Virus record (IMG/VR): IMGVR_UViG_3300022752_000016
Length of the DNA stretch: 64,000 nt
Direction: 5' to 3' (one strand)
Source: a virus
Taxonomy: Duplodnaviria > Caudoviricetes
A program made the translations under genes and the position numbers. The notes under the pieces were generated by a model. The model saw only the letters and a program-made list of their open reading frames with translations. It did not search any database and had not been told where the DNA came from. Positions 55,820 through 63,683 of this stretch are shown here, one piece after another. Position 1 is the stretch's first letter; every line of letters starts with the position of its first letter.

Positions 55820-56376
55820 CTACTAGAATAGAAAAAAATTGGAATTTTAATGCAGGCGTACATTTTTCAGATAAATTGTTGTTAAATAATTATATCATAA
55901 CATTGTCTATGGTAGTTGAAACGGAACAGGTACGTGAACAAAATATTGCAATGGAAAGGTTACATTATTTTATAAATGAAGTCCTAGATAATAGTATTTT
56001 TTTTGATCTAAATGATAAAAAAATAGAAGCTTTTAAAAATCTAAATTTAAAAATATGTTCGCTTCCTGAAGAACCATTTGATCAAATAATTGGAATCATT
56101 TTACTAATGAAATTTAATTCTATTCTTGAAAACAAATTAGTAGTCACAGATTTGTTTATAGAATCAAAACTAGGAGATTATGTTAAGTTTCATATTGTTC
56201 AAGAAATAGCCGAAAGTTTTTTTACAGGAAATAATTGGTGGAATAATGCATCCGCAAATATTTCAAATAATGAAAAAAATTCGGGAAAAAAAACTAAAAT
56301 AGTTAAATTATTTGATGATGATTGGTTAGGTTTAGGTTTGTCTTGGAAAGATCCTAAAGTTTGCCAAAAAAGTTGA
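55816..56376 (+). CDS. Hypothetical protein, possibly a degenerate QueD/PTPS T-fold
   Basis: FNAGVH...NNYIITLSM...EVLDNSIF...EEPFDQII resembles QueD strand spacing, without the His/Cys ligands. Confidence 0.35.
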   Translation: MTTRIEKNWNFNAGVHFSDKLLLNNYIITLSMVVETEQVREQNIAMERLHYFINEVLDNSIFFDLNDKKIEAFKNLNLKICSLPEEPFDQIIGIILLMKFNSILENKLVVTDLFIESKLGDYVKFHIVQEIAESFFTGNNWWNNASANISNNEKNSGKKTKIVKLFDDDWLGLGLSWKDPKVCQKS

Positions 56377-56400
56377 CTTATATATAAACTATGTTAAAAT
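56373..56400 (+). promoter_or_regulatory. sigma70-type promoter with extended -10; ATG 6 nt downstream
   Basis: TTGACT (56373-78), 16 nt, TG-n-TAAAAT (56392-400), then 6 nt to the ATG at 56407. Confidence 0.7.
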
Positions 56401-56406
56401 TGTTCT

Positions 56407-56916
56407 ATGAAGGTAGATAAATATGGTCAAGTTATACTAAATGAAGAGGACTTGTGTGAAGTATTATATACAAATCCAAACCATACTTTTGTAAAAGTTT
56501 TTACAGAAACTTTAATAAAAATTCCTAATTTCGTACATACTGGTAGTTTTATACCTTCTATAAATAACGATAATACAATAGAAGAATTTGATTATAAATT
56601 ACAAAAAAATTATTATATACCAGAAAAATATAAAAATTTTGATATTAAAAACCATATCAAAAATTTATGTAACAACAATTTAGAATTACATAGGGTAGAA
56701 TTAGAATTAAAGTTGTTTGAAAAATATGATATGATTAATTTGTTAATTTATTTAAAATACTTAGTAGATATTACAAAACTTCACAATATTGTTTTGGGTG
56801 TAGGCAGAGGCAGTAGTGTTGCTAGTTTTGTATTATACTTGCTAGGAATTCATAAAATAAATTCATTAAAATATAATTTATCAATAAATGAATTTTTTAA
56901 AGGAGAAAATTTATGA
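56407..56916 (+). CDS. dnaE: DNA polymerase III alpha (C-family) N-terminal palm fragment
   Basis: RVELELKLF...LIYLKYLVD...GVGRGSSVASFVLYLLGIHKINSLKYNLSINEFF matches DnaE RLETELQVI...[34 protein letters not shown]. Confidence 0.85.
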   Translation: MKVDKYGQVILNEEDLCEVLYTNPNHTFVKVFTETLIKIPNFVHTGSFIPSINNDNTIEEFDYKLQKNYYIPEKYKNFDIKNHIKNLCNNNLELHRVELELKLFEKYDMINLLIYLKYLVDITKLHNIVLGVGRGSSVASFVLYLLGIHKINSLKYNLSINEFFKGENL

Positions 56917-57296
56917 AGGTTAAAACTGCACAAGGAAAAACTTTGGATATGGGTGCACTAATCGCTAAAAATGAAAAAGCCAGAGCCGTAGGAAACATGA
57001 AGGTTAATGCAAGAGGAGATACAATTGATTCACATAATAATATTATCAAATCTGTAAATGAAAAAACAGCTAGTGGATATGCAAAAACAGTTGGAAATAA
57101 ATCAGGCCAAATTGTTCGTCAAACTCCTTTAAGTAATAATCAAAGTACTATGCACACCATTAATCAACTGCCTGTAAAACCAATTAATGATGAAGAACAA
57201 AATTTATTACAAGATTTACAAGAATTTATAGAGGATGATAAAGACCTTAAAAAAGAAACAAATGAAAAGGAAAAAAATGATAGTAAGGAAATTTAA
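56913..57296 (+). CDS. Hypothetical protein
   Basis: SD AGGAG; conserved-looking N-terminus RAVGNMKVNARGD. Confidence 0.65.
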   Translation: MKVKTAQGKTLDMGALIAKNEKARAVGNMKVNARGDTIDSHNNIIKSVNEKTASGYAKTVGNKSGQIVRQTPLSNNQSTMHTINQLPVKPINDEEQNLLQDLQEFIEDDKDLKKETNEKEKNDSKEI

Positions 57297-57624
57297 AAAA
57301 ATCCTACCACTTTATGATTCAGTAATTGTAAGTGATATGATGTTTGAAGAAAGAGTCAGTCAAGGAGGTATAATAATTCCAAATGATGATATGAAAGATT
57401 CTGGAATAAGACCAAGATGGGCAAAAGTCTATGCTATAGGTCCTGATCAAAAAGACATAAAGGTCGGGCAATATATTTTAATAAGTCATGGTCGTTGGAC
57501 TAGAGGTATTAAAATTGATGATGGTGATAGTATAAAAACTATCCGTAAAGTGGATAACAATGATATATTAATGGTGAGTGATGAACCTGTACATGATCAA
57601 ACAATGAGTGACAAGGTAGTTTAA
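57277..57624 (+). CDS. groES: Co-chaperonin GroES
   Basis: ILPLYDSVIV, mobile loop SQGGIIIP, VYAIGP...IKVGQ, C-terminal NDIL; ATG at 57277. Confidence 0.85.
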   Translation: MIVRKFKKILPLYDSVIVSDMMFEERVSQGGIIIPNDDMKDSGIRPRWAKVYAIGPDQKDIKVGQYILISHGRWTRGIKIDDGDSIKTIRKVDNNDILMVSDEPVHDQTMSDKVV

Positions 57625-58064
57625 TGGCTAAATGGCATGTAAGTACTGAGGATAAAAAGTCTGTTGAAGAACACGAATTTTGGGAAAAAGATGGAATGAC
57701 CATTATTCGTATTACAGGTTATCGTTGGGGTAGTTGGATTGTTACGACAACAAATGATGACGAACCTAATTTTTCTAGAATTAAAAATCCGTTAGGGGAT
57801 GAAAAAGAAGATAGTATTGACATGAACAATTGTTATGAAAATAACATTGAGGATGTTGAATTAGAATCACTAGATGATGGTTGGTTTAGTGATATTATGT
57901 ATCCTGATGATTTTTTGGATGAAGAACATATGAATGAAATTTGGGATGAAGATTCATATGAGGGATGGGAAAGAGAAGGTTGGATACAGACAGAAACAGA
58001 GTGTTGGATAAGTTGTAATTTAATTTGTGAAAAAATTGAGGACAAAAATGAAGTGGTTTTATAA
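57624..58064 (+). CDS. Highly acidic, Trp-rich hypothetical protein
   Basis: D/E-dense C-terminal half. Confidence 0.65.
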   Translation: MAKWHVSTEDKKSVEEHEFWEKDGMTIIRITGYRWGSWIVTTTNDDEPNFSRIKNPLGDEKEDSIDMNNCYENNIEDVELESLDDGWFSDIMYPDDFLDEEHMNEIWDEDSYEGWEREGWIQTETECWISCNLICEKIEDKNEVVL

Positions 58065-58329
58065 TTGGTTAGGTAAAAAATGCCAAAAAGCAATAGAAGA
58101 AAATCAAAAAGAAGTAGTATTAGCATCAGACTCTACTAGAGGTATTGACATACGTAGTCGTGGGATGAATTTTACAGTATATCGTGCTAATGGAGGTCAT
58201 GTTATTGAAACTAAAAAATATGATAGAAAATGTGATCATATTGATCATGCGTTACATATTATAACAGATGATAAGGATTTGGGTGAAGAAATTGGAAGAA
58301 TTATTACTTTTGAACATTTAAGGAGCTAA
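58048..58329 (+). CDS. Hypothetical protein
   Basis: ATG at 58048 (MKWFYNW) overlaps the upstream gene. Confidence 0.6.
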   Translation: MKWFYNWLGKKCQKAIEENQKEVVLASDSTRGIDIRSRGMNFTVYRANGGHVIETKKYDRKCDHIDHALHIITDDKDLGEEIGRIITFEHLRS

Positions 58330-58333
58330 AATT

Positions 58334-59026
58334 ATGTTTACAATGAGTGAATCTTTTAACCCTGTTTATAGAACTGCTGAAGAAATAAACACAGCTATGG
58401 CAGGCGTTTATAAATGGATGTTTTTAGCAATTAGTGTAAGTATGGGTATTGCGTTTGGAGTTGGTAGTAATCCTGATTTACTAAATTTCTTTTTTACAGG
58501 TCTATTAAAATGGGTCGTAATTTTTGCCCCATTAGTTGCAGTATTCGCAATTTCAATGGCATTAAATGCTAATCCTCCTAAGGAACTAGCAGTGCTAATG
58601 TTAATAGGGTTTTCAGCATTAATGGGATTAAGCTTTTCTACAATTTTTGCAATTTATAAATTGGGAAGTATTTTTACTGCATTCATGGGTGCAGGTATTT
58701 TATTTGGAGTAATGAGTTTTTATGGATATTTTACAAAAAAGAGCTTGGATAGTGTCGGAAAGTTTATGTTTGTTGGCCTTATCGCTATTATTCTTGCCAG
58801 TATTGTCAACATTTTCATCGGTAGTAGTTTATTCAGCATGGTTATTAGCAGTATTGCTATCATTGTATTTTTGGGATTGACTGCATATGATACACAAAAA
58901 ATCCGTGAAATGATTAGTTATGAAACATCTGGAAACATGGAAGTTCAAGGAGCATTGACATTATACATGAATTTCATTAATATATTTCTATCTTTACTAC
59001 AATTATTCGGTGAAAAGAAAGAATGA
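58334..59026 (+). CDS. Bax inhibitor-1 / YccA (TMBIM) family membrane protein
   Basis: About seven hydrophobic helices; GLTAYDTQKI and GALTLYMNFINIFLSLL signatures. Confidence 0.9.
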   Translation: MFTMSESFNPVYRTAEEINTAMAGVYKWMFLAISVSMGIAFGVGSNPDLLNFFFTGLLKWVVIFAPLVAVFAISMALNANPPKELAVLMLIGFSALMGLSFSTIFAIYKLGSIFTAFMGAGILFGVMSFYGYFTKKSLDSVGKFMFVGLIAIILASIVNIFIGSSLFSMVISSIAIIVFLGLTAYDTQKIREMISYETSGNMEVQGALTLYMNFINIFLSLLQLFGEKKE

Positions 59027-59949
59027 AAAATAAATTATGGGTTGAAAAATATCGTCCTGTTACAGTAGATGAGTATGTTTTTACTGATGAAAAAACTAAA
59101 CAACTAGTTACAGGTTGGATTAAAGAAGAAACTATTCCACATCTACTGTTATCAGGTGATCCTGGCACAGGTAAAACTACCTTGGCAAAAGTTCTTATAC
59201 ATGAACTTGGTATTGAAGAATATGATATTCTTGAAATTAATGCTAGTCGTGAAAATGGTATTGATACATTACGTGAAAAAATTAATGGTTTCGTACAAAC
59301 AATGCCATTTGGTAAATTTAAAGTAGTATTATTAGACGAGGCAGATTATTTAACACAACCAAGTCAGGCTGCTTTACGTAGTGATATGGAAACATATCAT
59401 ATGACTGTGCGTTATATTTTGACATGTAACTACGAGCATAAAATTATCCCTGCATTACGTGAAAGTCGTTGTCATAAAATACATATAGCTAAACCTGATA
59501 TGACAGAGTTTACTGCAAGAGCTGCAACTGTTCTGGTTACTGAAAATATTGATTTTGATTTAGATGTATTGGATACGTTTATAAGAGCAACATATCCTGA
59601 TTTGCGTAAATGTCTAAATCAATTACAAATTAATTCAAGTACAGGAAAATTAGTAAGTCCAAATAATGATGCTCCAACAGAAAACGAATTGTTACTAGCC
59701 GCTACAAATTTAATTAAGAGTGGTAAAATATTAGAGGGTAGACAGCAATTAATGCAATACATTGCTATGTATCCTACAAGAATAGAAGAAATTTATCGTT
59801 GGATGTACGATAATCTTGACTTATGGGGAAGCACAAATGAAAAACGGGACGCAAGTATAATAATTATAAGAAATGGTCTTGCAAATCTACCGTTAGTTGG
59901 TATACCTGAAATTAGTTTAGCGGCTACTCTTGTTGAGCTTACAACATAA
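59023..59949 (+). CDS. gp44: Clamp loader AAA+ subunit (T4 gp44 / RFC-like)
   Basis: LWVEKYRP, GDPGTGKTT, INAS, DEAD, YILTCN. Confidence 0.92.
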   Translation: MKNKLWVEKYRPVTVDEYVFTDEKTKQLVTGWIKEETIPHLLLSGDPGTGKTTLAKVLIHELGIEEYDILEINASRENGIDTLREKINGFVQTMPFGKFKVVLLDEADYLTQPSQAALRSDMETYHMTVRYILTCNYEHKIIPALRESRCHKIHIAKPDMTEFTARAATVLVTENIDFDLDVLDTFIRATYPDLRKCLNQLQINSSTGKLVSPNNDAPTENELLLAATNLIKSGKILEGRQQLMQYIAMYPTRIEEIYRWMYDNLDLWGSTNEKRDASIIIIRNGLANLPLVGIPEISLAATLVELTT

Positions 59950-59970
59950 ATAGTTTATAGGAGTAAATTA

Positions 59971-60387
59971 ATGGCTTGGCAAGCAAAAATAATACTTAAA
60001 AATTTTATACTATATAATATGGATATTATCCATAATGGTAACAAAATTGCTACTGTTCCAGAAATGTCTGAGTATACTTTTTTTTCAGAAATACAAAATA
60101 ACGAAATGTTTCTGAAATTTTGGACTGAACCCAACGTTTATTTTTTAGAAACTATATTTAATTTTACTGAAGGTGGACCTGGCTATATAAATAGAGGAAT
60201 ATTACAAGGACAAACCGAGGATATTAAGTTAACATTAATATCAAATAGTGAAATTATTTTTGAGCAAACTAATGACACTGGAGGAATGAACTTTTTATCT
60301 GATCTTTTTGCTAATGGAAATGCAGTTACGTTAGAGTATACACGAGTAACTGTTGCATTAGAACAAAACTTAACATTGGATTCTTAG
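59971..60387 (+). CDS. Hypothetical beta-rich protein, paralogue A
   Basis: ATAAATA at 59946, SD AGGAG; similar to 60672..61052. Confidence 0.6.
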   Translation: MAWQAKIILKNFILYNMDIIHNGNKIATVPEMSEYTFFSEIQNNEMFLKFWTEPNVYFLETIFNFTEGGPGYINRGILQGQTEDIKLTLISNSEIIFEQTNDTGGMNFLSDLFANGNAVTLEYTRVTVALEQNLTLDS

Positions 60388-60389
60388 TA

Positions 60390-60656
60390 ATGAGATATTT
60401 ACTTATAACATTTTTGCGAAAGAAAGATGGTCAAATTGATGAAATGGTAAGAATTTCAAAAAAAACAAAACAGGCTGATGTTCAAGTTTGTAATGTTATA
60501 TTAGATTATGCTGAAAAAAAGATTGACAAATGTGTAATAGAAGGTAAAAAACTGGATACAAATTGGGATAAATTAAATGAATATTATAAAAAAATTTATC
60601 CTCAGTTAATTGAGCAACTTGAAAAAGAGGCAAAAATTACAGCAATGGAAAAATAA
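60390..60656 (+). CDS. Hypothetical protein
   Basis: Clean 88-aa ORF. Confidence 0.65.
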   Translation: MRYLLITFLRKKDGQIDEMVRISKKTKQADVQVCNVILDYAEKKIDKCVIEGKKLDTNWDKLNEYYKKIYPQLIEQLEKEAKITAMEK

Positions 60657-60671
60657 AATATTGGAGATTAT

Positions 60672-61052
60672 ATGAGTTGGCAATCGTTATTAGTAATAAA
60701 AAACAAGACACAGCATAACATTACTTTGGCTAATGCCTTAGGCGATATTACAACGGTCTTACCTTCTAGTAATTATAAACATCTAATAAATGAACAAACT
60801 ACATTAATTATGTTTAAGTTTTGGGAACAAGAAAATAATTTTTTTATGTTAGGCACATTAAATATAAGTTCGGAATTAGGTGTATATATTGATAGAGGTG
60901 ATTTACCTTTAAATATGCAAAATATAATACTACGAGCAGATATTAATGGTATAGATTATATTCAAAAAACCAATCTTGGTAGTAAAGTAATGGAATATAA
61001 TCAGTTTCCTAATGGAGGGTCAATTATTTTAAGATTTGAAAACGGGGCTTAA
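60672..61052 (+). CDS. Hypothetical beta-rich protein, paralogue B
   Basis: SD GGAG; shares MxWQ, KFW, YIxRG and FxNG with paralogue A. Confidence 0.6.
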   Translation: MSWQSLLVIKNKTQHNITLANALGDITTVLPSSNYKHLINEQTTLIMFKFWEQENNFFMLGTLNISSELGVYIDRGDLPLNMQNIILRADINGIDYIQKTNLGSKVMEYNQFPNGGSIILRFENGA

Positions 61053-61065
61053 GCCCCGTTTTTTT
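61039..61065. terminator. Bidirectional terminator at a convergent junction
   Basis: AAAACGGGGC-TTAA-GCCCCGTTTT (a perfect 24-bp palindrome) plus a T-run. Confidence 0.85.
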
Positions 61066-61846
61066 AACCATATAATTTTAAAATATGTTCAATAATACGG
61101 TGTCTACGAATATCTTCTACTTTAAATTCACAAGTTATAAGACCATCGACTTTACACAATTTAAGTTTGTTTTTTAAATCTAATAAACCATTTTCCGTAT
61201 TTTTTCTATCAGTTTGTTCAATATCTCCTGTAATAATTATTTTACTATTTTTTCCTATACGTGTCATAAGCATTTTTAGTTGACTTGGTGTAGCATTTTG
61301 GGCTTCATCTAAAATAATCCAGCTATAGTTGAAATTCCTACCACGGCAAAATGCCAATGGCGTAATTTCAATTATTTGTTCATCTAACATATGTTTTATA
61401 TCTTTAGCCGAATAATATTCACGTAAAATATCAATCAAAGGTCTTACCCATGGTTCCATTTTTTGATTTAAATCGCCTGGTAAAAATCCATGTTTTTCGT
61501 CATCAACAGTTACAGCTGGTCTAGTTAAAATTATTTTTTCACATTCTTTTTCTCTCAATGCTTTTATAGCAGTTAACATAGCTAAATAAGTTTTTCCTGT
61601 ACCAGCAGGTCCCGAAACAACAACGATATCTGTGGTTGGATCATTCAAGAAGTCCAAATAAATTTTTTGATTTTCGCTTTGAGCTTTTATAACAACAGAT
61701 TTCCTATTTTTAAAAGCGTAATTTGCTTGGTTAAAATCTATTGTTTTTGATTGATTCATATAAAATGTGTTTGATTCATCTAGACTGGTAATGTAGTTTT
61801 GTTTGCTATCTTGTTTTCTTAGGGCTCCAGTTTTTCTTTTAGCCAA
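61064..61846 (-). CDS. phoH: PhoH-family ATPase
   Basis: GPAGTGKT, LTRP, GFLPGDL, RGRNF, DEAQN, GDIEQ; TTG start with SD AGGAG. Confidence 0.95.
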   Translation of the reverse strand: MAKRKTGALRKQDSKQNYITSLDESNTFYMNQSKTIDFNQANYAFKNRKSVVIKAQSENQKIYLDFLNDPTTDIVVVSGPAGTGKTYLAMLTAIKALREKECEKIILTRPAVTVDDEKHGFLPGDLNQKMEPWVRPLIDILREYYSAKDIKHMLDEQIIEITPLAFCRGRNFNYSWIILDEAQNATPSQLKMLMTRIGKNSKIIITGDIEQTDRKNTENGLLDLKNKLKLCKVDGLITCEFKVEDIRRHRIIEHILKLYG

Positions 61847-61866
61847 ATTGAATTCTCCTGTAATTT

Positions 61867-61884
61867 TTGTGAACTAGTTCACAA
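61867..61884. promoter_or_regulatory. 18-bp perfect palindrome matching the CRP core consensus
   Basis: TTGTGA-ACTAGT-TCACAA, 7 nt upstream of the phoH SD. Confidence 0.5.
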
Positions 61885-61992
61885 CAGTATTTACATTGTT
61901 AGATATGTAAAAGATTATACAGTTAAAACACTTTTATTTCAGATAAATAATAGGTTAAGGTTTAATCTTATTTATGATTTGATAAATACTTT

Positions 61993-62610
61993 ATGGGAAT
62001 AAAAAGAGCAGATAATTTTTTTAATGATGTTGATTTTATCAGCATTGTAAACAATGTAAAGGGTATATTTACCAGTGATGGAATTATGTCCACGTTACTT
62101 GATTTTGAAAGAGTATTGGATGAAGCTGATTTATATGCATTTAGAAATTGGATTATAGGTGAATTAGTTGACGGGCCCAACGTAGGTCGTTATAATGTAA
62201 AATGTACATTTATGTGGCCTAAAAACTTAATGCCTGATCCAAGGGGGGCTAAAAGATTATTAGCTATTGGTTGCAAACTTACATTTGCTAAATCTAAAAT
62301 AAAAGTACCTATAGAAATTAAAGATTATGAAGATTTTGTACCTGGTACAAAGTACCCTAAAATGGTAGAAAAATTAGTTTGGTTCGTAGAAATTGAGATC
62401 CCATTAGAATTAATGGATGATATTAAAGAGGGTTCTATTGATATTGCAGACCAAACTATTGACTTAGATGAAATAGAAGATGCTTACAACAAAGATTTAG
62501 ATAAAGAAGGTGCCACTCAAGAAAATAAACAGGAAAATCCCCAAAATTTAAATCCTGAAGAACAAGATATGGCAAACCCAACCATGTCTATACCTACACA
62601 AGGAAAGTAA
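61993..62610 (+). CDS. Conserved hypothetical protein
   Basis: ATAAATA (61982-88) 4 nt before the ATG; acidic C-terminus. Confidence 0.7.
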   Translation: MGIKRADNFFNDVDFISIVNNVKGIFTSDGIMSTLLDFERVLDEADLYAFRNWIIGELVDGPNVGRYNVKCTFMWPKNLMPDPRGAKRLLAIGCKLTFAKSKIKVPIEIKDYEDFVPGTKYPKMVEKLVWFVEIEIPLELMDDIKEGSIDIADQTIDLDEIEDAYNKDLDKEGATQENKQENPQNLNPEEQDMANPTMSIPTQGK

Positions 62611-62611
62611 T

Positions 62612-63157
62612 ATGAAGGAAAAATTATTACTAGAAGGTCTTGATTACCATGATATGATGGGACAGATAGAACCAAAAATTACAGTGGATGAATATGCTGC
62701 AAAAATGGGTAAAGATAGTGATATTGTTACTATAACATTTACAGTAAATAGTAAATTAGCGGGAGATGATTTAGTTGGTTGGCTTGAGCGTGGATATGAT
62801 TATATACTAGATGCAAGTATTAGCGATGGTGAAATTGAACCTGGCAAATATTTAGTATTTGCAGAAATGAATCGTAGAACAACAGTTCCTGAGCGTATTA
62901 TAACTATACTTGACGATTTACAAACATTAACAGATTTAAAGTTAACTGATTGGATTGTAAGTGTAGAGGAAGAAGAACATGATGCTGACAGTGAATTATT
63001 AAAACAAGTAATAGTACTATCTCCACATGAATATAAAAAAGAAAAAGAAAAAGAAGAAGAATTAAATGAATATCGTGAATTGTCAGGACTAAATGTTAAA
63101 AAACTGTATGAAGATGATGAGTATATAAAAAGAATAAAATCAATGGCTGGAATGTAA
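62612..63157 (+). CDS. Acidic hypothetical protein, possibly head-associated
   Basis: N-terminal LLLEG and C-terminal LNEY...IKSMAGM, similar to the LREWKRLAGI terminus of 41984. Confidence 0.55.
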   Translation: MKEKLLLEGLDYHDMMGQIEPKITVDEYAAKMGKDSDIVTITFTVNSKLAGDDLVGWLERGYDYILDASISDGEIEPGKYLVFAEMNRRTTVPERIITILDDLQTLTDLKLTDWIVSVEEEEHDADSELLKQVIVLSPHEYKKEKEKEEELNEYRELSGLNVKKLYEDDEYIKRIKSMAGM

Positions 63158-63158
63158 A

Positions 63159-63668
63159 ATGTATTTACCAAAGCGTTACACTGAAGAAGAAATGCTAGTA
63201 ATTACACGTAATGATGAGCATTATGAGGCCATTTGCTCAGATAAGGAGTTTTACGATAAAATGCAACAATATAATCAAATGGCTAACCAGCAATTAAACT
63301 TAACACAATCTGGAAATAATGCAGCACAAAACGCAGAGGTTTTGGTAAAAAATAGTAAAGAAAGTGAAGATTGGATAAATAAAAAATGGCGTCCAAGTAT
63401 GGGTTGGATGTATATGGCAGTTTGTATTACTGATTTTATTTTATTTCCAATATTATGGTCATTGTTACAAGCATTAAGCAAAGGGCAGGTCACTAGCCAA
63501 TGGCAACCATTAACATTAATGGGAGCAGGTCTTTTTCATATAAGTATGGGGGCGATACTTGGAATAGCTGTATATGGCAGGACTAAAGAAAAAATTGAAA
63601 ATGCTACCAATATGTCTACTAACCTAAATTTTCCAAACAATAACCAAGGATCAAATTTATCTAAATAA
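63159..63668 (+). CDS. Holin-like membrane protein (GTA 3-TM holin type)
   Basis: KWRPSMGW followed by hydrophobic segments and LGIAVYGRTKEK. Confidence 0.65.
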   Translation: MYLPKRYTEEEMLVITRNDEHYEAICSDKEFYDKMQQYNQMANQQLNLTQSGNNAAQNAEVLVKNSKESEDWINKKWRPSMGWMYMAVCITDFILFPILWSLLQALSKGQVTSQWQPLTLMGAGLFHISMGAILGIAVYGRTKEKIENATNMSTNLNFPNNNQGSNLSK

Positions 63669-63669
63669 A

Positions 63670-63678
63670 TGTTATACT
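63670..63678 (+). promoter_or_regulatory. Extended -10 element TG-n-TATACT, 5 nt before the dnaJ ATG
   Basis: Same geometry as the promoters at 2465, 7781 and 56392; no clear -35. Confidence 0.5.
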
Positions 63679-63683
63679 AGGTA

